NCBI GenBank assembly: GCA_013115145.1
Contig: JAAPAO010000016.1
Coordinates: forward strand, 75,601 to 139,600
DNA from: Perkinsus chesapeaki ATCC PRA-425
Lineage: Eukaryota > Protista > Perkinsozoa
Reading direction: 5' to 3'
DNA length: 64,000 nucleotides
Position numbers and translations under genes: made by a program. Below, piece by piece: positions 22,798 through 33,109 of this stretch (position 1 is the stretch's first letter; every line of letters begins with the position of its first letter). The notes below the pieces were generated by a model. That model was not told the origin of the DNA, ran no database searches, and was given only the letters and a program-made list of their open reading frames with translations.

Positions 22798-24174
22798 TTA
22801 GTTTATTAGAGGCATGTGATGGACGGTATACCATATAGTACGGCCAACAATGCCTCTTCTGTACTCATCAACTTTGGTCATCTCAATTAGCTTCTTCTGA
22901 AGCACCACAGGTCGTCCCCAAAGCGCCATATAGCCCGGATGGGAGCCAGGTACCGCGCCCAGCACGAAGCAGCCATCCTCAGGACCAAGGGAGACGGCAT
23001 AGAAACCAGCACCCCAGGGAGTCCAAGTGTCGACTAGCTCACCTGGCCGACCTAACAGGCATTCAGTCCAGCTCTTAGTGAGACCGCTGGCGACTTTTAT
23101 ATTATAGTAAGCATTGCGGGCTTGTTGTTCAGTAGGGAAACACAGCTTAGGTATCATAGGAAGATCAGGGCAGAAGTTGCAGTCACCAATAGCGAATACC
23201 GAACCATCAGCGAAGGGCTTCTCAGTGCCGTCAGACTTAACTTCCAAAACCTGTAGTTTCTTGTTGACCTTTATCCAGCCACCACCACCAGGGCCAAGCT
23301 TCTTCGGGTCGGTCTCTTGACAGTCGGGCTTGTTGGGGTTGAAACTGGTTAGGGTACACTTAGGCATGAAATAGTTGGCCGCCTTCACTCCCATACATTC
23401 GTACACACGGTCAGGATTGCGCTTCAGGCCAAGCTTGGTGTAGAAGTCAGGGTCATCGCTGAAGCGGGCAATATGGAGCTGAATTCCGCGTTTTTTTAAC
23501 GCATCTTCACAGTAGGTTCGAGCAGAGTCGGGAAGATTCCTCAGAATAGTGGGGCCGGCGTCGACGACATGAAGCTCGATATTGGGGAAATAATAAGCCA
23601 TCTCAGTGACCCATTCAATACCAACCAGGCCACCACCGATAACAACAACGACGCCCTTGTTTTGGTCGAGTTCAGCAAGCTTCTCGTGCTCATTTTCAAT
23701 ATGAGCTCTTCGGCCTGCCAAGTAGCGCTCATCGAACTGGGGCCAGCTGGAATCTTTCCGGGCTTCTTCGAGGGAAGTGGCGTCCCAAGGAGTTTCGCCC
23801 CACTTAGTAGTGAGACCGAACTTGCAGCCGGTAGCGACGATGCAGTAGTCGAAGTCGACACCGATCTCCTTGGACCACACAGGCTTCACTTTCGCGATTT
23901 TGCGCGTACCATCGATCGACTTGACTTCACCAAAAATAAACTTCGCACCGAGTTTGTCCTCAATAACAGAGGCAAAGGCGAAGGAGAGGTTGGGGTGGTA
24001 GGAAGGCTGGGCATATGCTTGTAAAATGCCCGGAGTGAACTCAAAGTACTCTTTGGTGTCGACTAAGGTCACATCAAATTCACCGGCAAGGCGTTCCGTG
24101 GCGCACATGCCACCGAAGCCACCGCCGATGACGAGTACCTTCGGCTTGGACGAGGATGATTCAGAAAACATCAC
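22798..24174 (-). CDS. AIFM2/FSP1(AMID)-like FAD/NAD(P)H oxidoreductase, copy 2, intronless tandem paralogue
   Basis: VLVIGGGFGG, VVVIGGGLVGIEW, VFAIGDC; colinear with copy 1 along its whole length. Confidence 0.92.
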   Translation of the reverse strand: MMFSESSSSKPKVLVIGGGFGGMCATERLAGEFDVTLVDTKEYFEFTPGILQAYAQPSYHPNLSFAFASVIEDKLGAKFIFGEVKSIDGTRKIAKVKPVWSKEIGVDFDYCIVATGCKFGLTTKWGETPWDATSLEEARKDSSWPQFDERYLAGRRAHIENEHEKLAELDQNKGVVVVIGGGLVGIEWVTEMAYYFPNIELHVVDAGPTILRNLPDSARTYCEDALKKRGIQLHIARFSDDPDFYTKLGLKRNPDRVYECMGVKAANYFMPKCTLTSFNPNKPDCQETDPKKLGPGGGGWIKVNKKLQVLEVKSDGTEKPFADGSVFAIGDCNFCPDLPMIPKLCFPTEQQARNAYYNIKVASGLTKSWTECLLGRPGELVDTWTPWGAGFYAVSLGPEDGCFVLGAVPGSHPGYMALWGRPVVLQKKLIEMTKVDEYRRGIVGRTIWYTVHHMPLIN

Positions 24175-24818
24175 AATTAAAGTGATGGAAAATAAATGAG
24201 ACGAGACAACGAGGACAAGCGTAATAGCGCCGCTCCGCTAGAAAAATGTGTCATGTTGTGCCACTTTCGACTCAACATCATCTTCCGATGACAGGTAGAA
24301 ACGTGTATGGAGCATTTCACATGCACTCACCTAGCTTCAAGAGAGTTCTATAAGTTCTATGAATCATTACTAGACCCCCATTACTACTCCCCTACTCGAC
24401 ATGAAGTTGAGGGAAATGCGGTATGAAATTGGCACTGCTTATCGTTAGAACGTACCCAGTAAACCCGAAGGAATTCTAGTAATTTAGTAATCTAGTAACT
24501 GCAGCTTTCATATTCAGTCCTCCTTATCTGATCTAGTATTAAATTAATATCTAATAGTGGAAAAAATCCCCCGCTATTTCCGTGGGACACTCAAGTTACC
24601 GAGCTCCAGTAGTCAAAATTTCGAATAAGCAATATGTTAAGAAGAACTGGACTTAGTGTGATGTATATTATAGTGTTGTTGTTCTATACTATTAATGTCA
24701 TCATCTACGTCATCATCATCAAATACCAGCCAGTGTAGACTTTATCTTGGTATTGGTGCGGTGGTAGGGACCATGGCATATGCAGGGTAATAGGGAGGCA
24801 CATTTTAACATTAACCTA

Positions 24819-24939
24819 AAAGTATCTTGTAGTATTATCAACTTCTAAGTATCTTACAGTATTATTAACCTCAAAATATCTTACAGTGTTATTAACCTCA
24901 AAATATCTTACAGTATTATTAACCTCAAAATATCTTATA
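24819..24939. repeat. 27-bp minisatellite, ~4 copies (unit AAAATATCTTACAGTATTATTAACCTC)
   Basis: Visible tandem copies; the minus ORF reads RYFEVNNTV repeatedly. Confidence 0.9.
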
Positions 24940-24957
24940 TCACCCAGCGCACTATGA

Positions 24958-27801
24958 ATGTTCCGTATAAAGGTACCGTACAAAGCTCTACGTAGATCGC
25001 TTACGAGGTCAAGTGGCGGAGCTCGAGATGGAGTTGAATGTAGCAAAGATTCTTTCATACCGTATCTTGCATTTTTAACCTCAGAGAGACGTACCGGGTT
25101 ACGCTCAACCATCAGAGAAGCAGCCGCTCACGAAGGTGGCGCCTCACCGACCAGTTCGGATATTTATGGATGGTGCCTTCGATCTCATGCACTATGGGCA
25201 TATGAATGCCTTCCGAGCCGTAAGTGTTGGGACACAGTAACTCGGCACAGTATATGTATTGCTTATTGCACTTTATATATTACAATTTCATTAACAGAGT
25301 CGCTTTATTAGAACTCACTATTGGATATTCTTTATGGAATAGTATACGGTTTGTAGGTATATCGGTTTCACCGATGGCGGAGCGTGATTATGTTTAATTA
25401 GGCTCGAGAGCTGGGTGACTATCTCATTGTTGGAGTCAACTCTAGTGAGACCATCGCAGAGTGCAAAGGGACACCGCCGGTCCTGTCTGATGAGGAGCGA
25501 TGTGATGCTGTCAAGGCTTGCGTATGGGTCGATGAGATCATCCCGAAAAGTCCGTATATTATGACACCGGAGTACATCCAGGAGGTAGGGCAGCTTTGGG
25601 GGTGGGGGTGAAGGAAGTGTGATAGCAGGTACTGTTTGATAAATATAAGGTCGATTATATAGTTCATGGAGATGATCCCTGTATAGTAAATGGAAGAGAT
25701 GTTTATGAGAGCGCAAAGGCAGCTGGGAAGTTTAAAAATATACCTCGAACGGAGGGAGTCAGTAATGACGGGGGTGGGATTCGAACCTGGGTGCCTTAAA
25801 AATGGCATCCAAACTGGCGTGCTAAGCGTTTCAATAAGAAGAATAACTTGAATGCGCCTACTAGTAACGCGTGTTTCTCCTTCCACTAGAAATGACTTTT
25901 CGTATTTCAATGCTATAAAATCGGGTTTGGCGCATCCCCGGCTTGAACCAGGGACCTTTGGATTGTTGGTAGGTACTAGTGATATAGTTGGCAGAGCTAT
26001 GATTCTGGCTAATAACCATCACATAGCACTCAAAGAGAATGTGGTCGACGGGAAGGGATGTATTACTCGCAAACGAGCCTCTTCCGAGAATTTAGAATTC
26101 GAGGTAGTTTTGTTGCACGCATGCACAAAATCTTCGCAGTGCGTAATGGTACCTTTTCAGGGCCCGTCGATCAGCGCTGTGTCTCGTTTTTTTCCTACTG
26201 AGCGATTAGTATCTTCATTTTCGGCACGTGTGAAGGCTCAGAAGCCCGGCCAGAAGGTGGTGTATATAGACGGTGCATTTGATATGTTCCATGCTGGTAA
26301 TAATAAGGAGGGGACACTTTTACGCTCCATAGGATGGCCGGAGTCGGGGCTGTTGAGGTGGGAAGAAACCTATATCATGGTTCTAATCCCCGTGGAAATC
26401 TGAATTGGAATATATTATTAGTTTCTAGGCGTCAGGCTTTGAAAGTATTGGCGAGCGAGCGTGGGGTGGGCCGACTTGGGCCTTGAAAGTTTCAGAGTTC
26501 CCGTTTGAATCTATTCTCCATGATGAGTTCAATTTCCTGGGATTATTCTCTTGGTCACAACGTGCGCTCGTTGGAAGGCAATTCGAAATTTCTGGGAGAT
26601 TCTCTCCAATTTTCGGTGTACATATCGCTTGCATGACATAAAGCACATGCTAAGGGCTATAACTGGATTACGGTAAATATATCTGTACAGGTCATATTTC
26701 GACGTTAAAGAAGGCCCGTGAGCTGGGCGACTATCTCATCGTTGGTGTCCACTCGGATGCTGTTGTCAATAAAATGAAAGGGGGAGTGTAAGAGCAGTCT
26801 TAGATGGTCGAGGGTATGTTATTTTAGTTATCCCTGTATGAATTTGAAGGAGCGTGTGCTTAGTGTATTAGGATGCCGATATGTTGACGATGTAAGATAG
26901 GCTTTGGTTGGACGCAGCCGGGGTTGTCGGCCTTGGCCAATTTATGGATCATTTGAATCATTTTAGACCGAAAGTGCCTTTCGGGCAGTGAGGTTAAAAG
27001 TAGTATCGTCGTCGGCGGCGTCAGTTTTTTTCGGTCTGCATTGGTCGTCATGCGAACGTTTTTTGCTTGAGCGGACGAACGCGAAGTGAAGGTCTTCCTG
27101 TGTTTCTACTTCTCGTATTTTTCAGTAATTTTGTGGCTTACTGAATACACTTGCTTGTTACTGATAGGTCCTAGCCGATGCCCCATTCGCCCCAACCGAG
27201 GACTTAATTCTTCAACTGGGTGTATCTGTAGTGGTTAAGGGTACCGAGAGAGATGTCGGCGAGCTGGGGCTAGACCTCAATGAAGATCCTTACCTCATCC
27301 CCAGGGAAATGGGCATTCTTACGGAGATACAAAGTAATAGGGTCGCACGGGAGGGGGTTAAGTCGAATGCCCTTATACCGCGAAATTGATGATCCAATCC
27401 AATTGAAGATCTTAATTTTCAAGTTCCGAATCGATCAAATCTTGATCTGATTCGGAACTTCTTTAAAAATTAAATCAGCCTCTCCCTACATTCGATTGAT
27501 TAGTGAACTTGATTGAAGCAGCACGAAGGGCTGCCGAGATTGTTCTGTAATTATTTTTTCTATCTCCCGACGTATTTTTATGAAGCTGGATGATTGCCAG
27601 TTACCAGGAAACTATCTTGCTGCTCTCAGTCGGACTTGGCGGAACTCGCCCTGTGTTGGGCTCTCCCAGCTGGTTTGGAAGGGATTTCTGTCATCAGGTG
27701 AATCGACTTTGAGTGTTAATGAGATATTAGAACGGATCGATGAACAGAGGCACGCTCGAGCGAAGGTTATTCAGAATAAAATGCGCAAAGAACGCGAGTG
27801 A
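24958..27801 (+). CDS. PCYT2: Ethanolamine-phosphate cytidylyltransferase with two CT domains, multi-exon; ends approximate
   Basis: RIFMDGAFDLMHYGHMNAFR, ARELGDYLIVGVNS, VHGDDP, PRTEGVS|TSDIVGR; second domain VYIDGAFDMFHAG, ELGDYLIVGVHSD, ERVLSVLGCRYVDDV. Confidence 0.93.
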
Positions 27802-28679
27802 GCTCTTGACGTCCAAGCGACCTCGGAAGAATCTTTCGTCAGATACACTGAAAATAAGCACAAGGATAGGCTGAAGAAGGGCCCTGTTGCACCCAGTAGC
27901 GCCTAGGAGAAGCGCGTCGGCCTTTTTTGTACAGTCCCTCGATTATTGAAAGCGTTTGCAGCTGGAGACTTGAACCAAGCCGAACTTCTTCTTGGCTTTC
28001 CACTGACTGTACTTTTAATCATCTCAGTTGAATGGGGATGCATCCTGCTTGAGTAGATTTATAGGCTTGTGTTGATATAGTGGGAGGTTGGGTGGTCACG
28101 CAATAAAGAAGAATAGTTCGTTTCTTGGGATTTCTCAATACTGAGGACTGGAAAGTGGAATTTCGGACATGAGTACTATAATTATCTCCTCAATATGTTG
28201 TGTATCTCATTGGCCAACATTCGAGTGTTATACTGCTAGAATGGTTTATTGGGCTGCACAACGACCAAAGGCGAGCTATCGAACATTGCATTCAGCTCTT
28301 TAACTTTTAGGTTGCTTTAGGGAATATTACTAATATATAATAGTCCTGATACTAATAGCGTGTTATCCTATATCATGAGAAGGGCGATGTAAGAGCAATT
28401 AATTCTAGCTTATTATTTCCTAGGGATCATTTTCGAGAATCCATCTTCGTGGATGAAGCTCTTGGATGGAGAGAAGATGCGTTTTGCCAGTCGGGGTAAT
28501 AATAGACTAGTGATTAGATTTATTTATCTTTAATAATAGTAATAATTATCATATGATATTATATATATATCTAAAGTACAGATTTATCTATAAATTATTA
28601 TATAATATATTCATATATAATGTTGAGTTATAGATGGGCTGCAAGTCTCTCCACAAAGAATGTATTCCGTGTCCTGTTT

Positions 28680-29862
28680 TACCCTAGGAACATCGTGCCT
28701 GGGAGCTTTCTCGCTGCATCTCCGCATTGGGAAATATTTCCGACACTCGAAGCAAGCTTGTAGGTTCGTAGCAAGTTGCCGTTGGGTTGTGTAATGGCAT
28801 TGACGGTTGAACTGAAGAGTGTTGATATATCTCCAAACGATTGCCCTTTGGAGCAAGAGCTCACATTAAAAATGAAGATAGCGACTTCGGAAGAGGTGGG
28901 CTGGAATGAAGACAGGATTTGGTGAGAAGTGATGTCAGATAACTGGGGCCCGATGGTCTGTTAAATACTTGGTTGACACTGTCCACTCAAGAAAGATAAT
29001 ACGTAGGAGGTTCCATTGGGAAGAGGATAACTGGGATATAAGCTTCCCAAAACTCGAAGGGGGGGGGGGCGCTAAGTGCGGTGACATCGACAGCTTGGGG
29101 TAGAAAGGACTCTGGTGTAAAAGATGTCCGTATTGGAAATTTCTTTGGCGGGCTTCACACCCTTTCACACCCGTAGGACCCTGACTGGCAGATGTTCCGC
29201 AAATCTGGAGACATGAGCTCAAACGACATGTGATAATGTTGATGTCAGATCTCGGCGATATCTCTAGCGGTACCATCCCGGCCGGGGAGAGCTCAGTGGA
29301 GTTTTCAACCCCCCGAATTGACGTTAGTGGCGTTCCGTCTGAAGTAAGTGCGTCCTCCTATGATGAGAAGTTGGCTCACAACCTGGAGCGTATTAGACTC
29401 GTTAAATCTGGACTCGATTACCTGCGTTGCAATCTCACTGTGTTTGGTGGCCTATGCCTGTCCGTATTGATAAACCCTGATGAGCTGGTGGTACTTGACC
29501 GATGTATGAGTTCAACGCAGCTAAGAACAAGTGGAACTGGAGATAGTGGAATTCGTCATTAGCATCATCATCACCAATGCCCTCAAGAGGCATCAGTTAA
29601 ACATACTTTTAGTCGAGGTCATGAATGTATCAGGTCGGTGTGGCTGGTAGCTATAGCTGAGCTATATTGTTTTATTGGGATGTTCCTAATTGTTATTGTT
29701 TTGTATTATAACTTGCCGCTGAATAACAACTCAAAGCTTGCTGTCGATAGTGATATCGCATTGATGTATGATAACGTGGCAATAATGAAAAATGCTAAAA
29801 TGGGTGTTGGTTCTATCGACCAACATCGGCGGCGAATCGATATAAATGATATTCTTAGTTGA
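28680..29862 (+). CDS. Probable multi-exon hypothetical protein; boundaries uncertain
   Basis: Exon-like segments bounded by AG/GT (KSVDISPNDCPLEQELTLKMKIATSEE; 110-aa ORF 29230..29562). No family recognised. Confidence 0.3.
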
Positions 29863-30372
29863 TCGGTCAATGTGCAGATAATGGGTTCCTCTTTAGTCTG
29901 ATTAGGAGCTATATCGTGATATCATTGAATCTTAGTGAGTTTGTGGAGGTTTCGGTATGACAGGTGTTGGCCAACGTCGGTCTTCTGACGATGACTTTAG
30001 AAAAGGAAGGAGCTTCCGGCGAGAGGGAGCATGTTGTGGATATTAATATGGTGAGCTTACGCACTATAAAAGATTCTCGGGAGCGTATCTTAGGTCACAC
30101 AAGTGTCCCTGATCAACGGGCAACATATCCGAACGATATTTGACCCCACACAGTAACGTGATTTGGTGCGTTTTGAGTTGCGTTGAGGAAACTCAAGTGA
30201 AAGCAAGATTGCAAGTTTAAATGATACGTGTGACCGCGGAAGTGTCTCAATGCGCACTTTGGTGATTCTTTCGGATCAGTGGCGTTTTTTGTATTTATTT
30301 TATCACATGCGACGCCAACCCATGCGAGCTTCAATTAAGACTCGAAAAAATCCAATTCAGAACAGCGGAGCG

Positions 30373-32039
30373 ATGCAATCTACGGCGACTACTACGGCCA
30401 GGAAAGCGGCATCGAAGGGGGCTTCGGGAGCGTCGAGCTCGTCATCGAGTTCGGTGGAGTGGGGGAGTGAGATGGGAGGAGACAATTACTGTGTGAGGGA
30501 GGTATGGGCGAAGGATTTGGATCATGAGTTGCAATTGATGGAGAAGTTGGTTGAAGAGTATCCTTATGTGGCCGTGGATGGAAGGTTCCCGGGGGTGGTA
30601 GCGAGACCGACAGGTAGTATCTAAGGTTGGAGCGTGCGTGATGCTGTGGAGGTTTAGGTCCTTTCAAAGATGACACTGAAAGAAATTATGATATTGTTCG
30701 GAGCAATATGGAGCTTGTTAAAATAGTTCAACTAAGTTTGGCGTTCGCCAACGAGGACGGCGAGGTCGCCAGTCACCCTGAGGATGTTCGGAGAGGCGCT
30801 ACTGGCAAGAAGCGCCGATCGCCGCCGCCGCCGAGGTGCGTCTGGAAAATTAACTTCCAATTCGACTTTCGAAAGGATCTGTATTGCGCCGATGCCTTGA
30901 AGAGACTGATGAAGCCGATTGCCGAGGGAGGAGCTGGGATAGACTTTAATACACATCGATTGAAGGGTGTCAGTGTGGATAGGTTCTCGGAGCTGATAAC
31001 GGGTAGTGGCCTGGTGATGTCACCTGACGTGAGATGGATCACAGTGGAAGGCAGCTTCCTGTTTGCGGGGTTGGTGCGGATGTTGTCGGGGCAAGTGCTG
31101 CCGAAAACTGAGGAGGAGTTCTCGGATATGTGCTACGAGTACTTCCCAAACATCCGAGATTTGAGGGCGTGTCGGTGGTGCTCAAAAAAGTGCGGCAATC
31201 CTCCTCGAGTCCCTTTGCACGCATGCGCATCTGAGAGGGCGATTCTGGAGGCCTGTGGGCGGGATGGGTTGAAAGATACGTCACCGACATTGGCGATGAT
31301 CGATGTCTTCTTTAAGCATGGTGGGGCATTGGAGGCTCTTAAGGGAAGTGGATCGGACGATTCTTCGGTGTCGTCCTCGCTGCAAAACAGCGACAATCTA
31401 TTGGCTGATAACAGCTCGGTGTCGACGGGCTTGAGAAGGCCTTCGGCGAGGTGGGCGGCGGTGCTTCCGAAGCCGACTAGGCGACCCTCGCAGTTTGCAC
31501 TGTGGGAGTTCTCGGCGATTCACTTGAGTAGTCCGGCTGCAATTTGGCGAGAGAGCGGTATGGATGTTGTTAATGAGCGGGTTCGACTACGAGAGAAATT
31601 AGAGAAGGAAGAGGAGCAGGAAGCAACTTTGCCTTCGAAGAGTGAAGTCGACGTCACGGCGTCACAGCCAGCGTCTCCACCGCCTCCTCCGCCGCCGCCC
31701 GGTCCTCCTCCTCCGGCAACTGTTGATGTTGATGCTCACTCCACCTCGAGCGCTTCGCCGACGGACAGACAGCACGGCCCTGGGACGGGTCATAGGCACC
31801 CCTTGAGGCATCCAAAGTATCCTCATGGGGCCCCGCCTCCGATGAGCGGAGCAATCGCTTATAAGGGGCCACCGGTGCAGAAGAAAGTGATGCAGAGATC
31901 GCTGCATTGGGGCTGTGTACAGGTCCCGGGGATACCATCGGCTCACGGTCGAGGGCGGCACAATGCTACCCCGCCGACTGTGATGGCGGGTGGCAACGGT
32001 GGCGATCAGGGGCGTCGAAGAGGAGGCGGCCGGCTGTAG
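30373..32039 (+). CDS. CAF1/POP2 (CNOT7/8)-family protein with degenerate DEDDh site and Pro-rich C-terminal tail; 2 exons
   Basis: VREVWAKDLDHEL, YPYVAVDGRFPGVVARP, VKIVQLSLAFANEDG, WKINFQFD, SGLVMSPDVRWI; one intron at about 30615..30657. Confidence 0.9.
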
Positions 32040-32696
32040 TTCGGAGGGGACATTCTGTACACAATATGTATCATTTAACATAGTAATACCGATAAGCCTC
32101 GTTGACATCGTTGAATTATCGTCTCCCTATTAAGAGAGATGCAATGAAGTGGTGTGTCGCCGCTGGTATTGTCCGGTCACTAGGCGGCAACTGCTGCTGC
32201 TGCTGCTGCTGCTGCATCGTTGAGATCGAACAGTATCTTGTCGGGTTACATTTCCTAACATAAAAACCCGTTTGAAAATTTAAAGGTGTTGCGTTTGAGA
32301 TGGTGGTCATTGAAGGGTGAACGGATGGGGGAGATGATGTTTACAGCAGCAGCAGAAGTGAGAGGATTAATGTTATTAAGTGGTGGCGTTTGGATCTGTT
32401 GGAGGCAATGCCTATGTCTGTTAGTCCAGCAGTAGCAGCATCAGTAGCTGATCGATGATGAAGACGATCAACTAAGAGGTATTAGATATCGGTTTAACAG
32501 TTGCTGGGATATAATGGTATAGGGCTATAGTACGAGGAGGAGTAGGAGGAGGCTTGCAGTGAGTTTCCTTTTATTACAGAGTAAGATATTGTTAATAACT
32601 ATTGTGTGTAGCCTTTCTGTTGCCCTCAGATTGCTGATCGATGGTGTCCTTGTTGTTTGAGTAGGCAATACGCCTATTTTATCGCCTTACATGGTG

Positions 32697-32906
32697 CTGT
32701 AAGGCTGGACAGTAAGCTGTAAGGCTGGACAGTAAGCTGTAAGGCTGGACAGTAAGCTGTAAGGCTGGACAGTAAGCTGTAAGGCTGGACNNNNNNNNNN
32801 NNNNNNNNNNNNNNNNNNNNNNNNNNNNNNNNNNNNNNNNNNNNNNNNNNNNNNNNNNNNNNNNNNNNNNNNNNNNNNNNNNNNNNNNACAGTAAGCTGT
32901 AAGGCT
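32697..32906. repeat. 20-bp minisatellite (CTGTAAGGCTGGACAGTAAG) spanning an N gap
   Basis: Identical tandem units flank the gap at 32791..32888. Confidence 0.95.
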
Positions 32907-33109
32907 TACCACATACATGCCATTCAGTGGTAAACTATACAGCTTTAAGTCCATCTTGACGTCACCGGGCATTTCCTGATGGCTCCATTAAATGAAGCCA
33001 TAGGCCCTGTAGCAAATACTCCACCACTGCTGATGTCGCTACATTTCGCTGTTGACTAGATAAGCTTAGAAATGCTCCTCAGGTTTATTATTTTTTATAT
33101 TCTATGGAT

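Noticed and set aside
21236-24024. Plus-strand ORFs 21236..21586 and 23569..24024
   Set aside because: Antisense shadows of the oxidoreductase genes.
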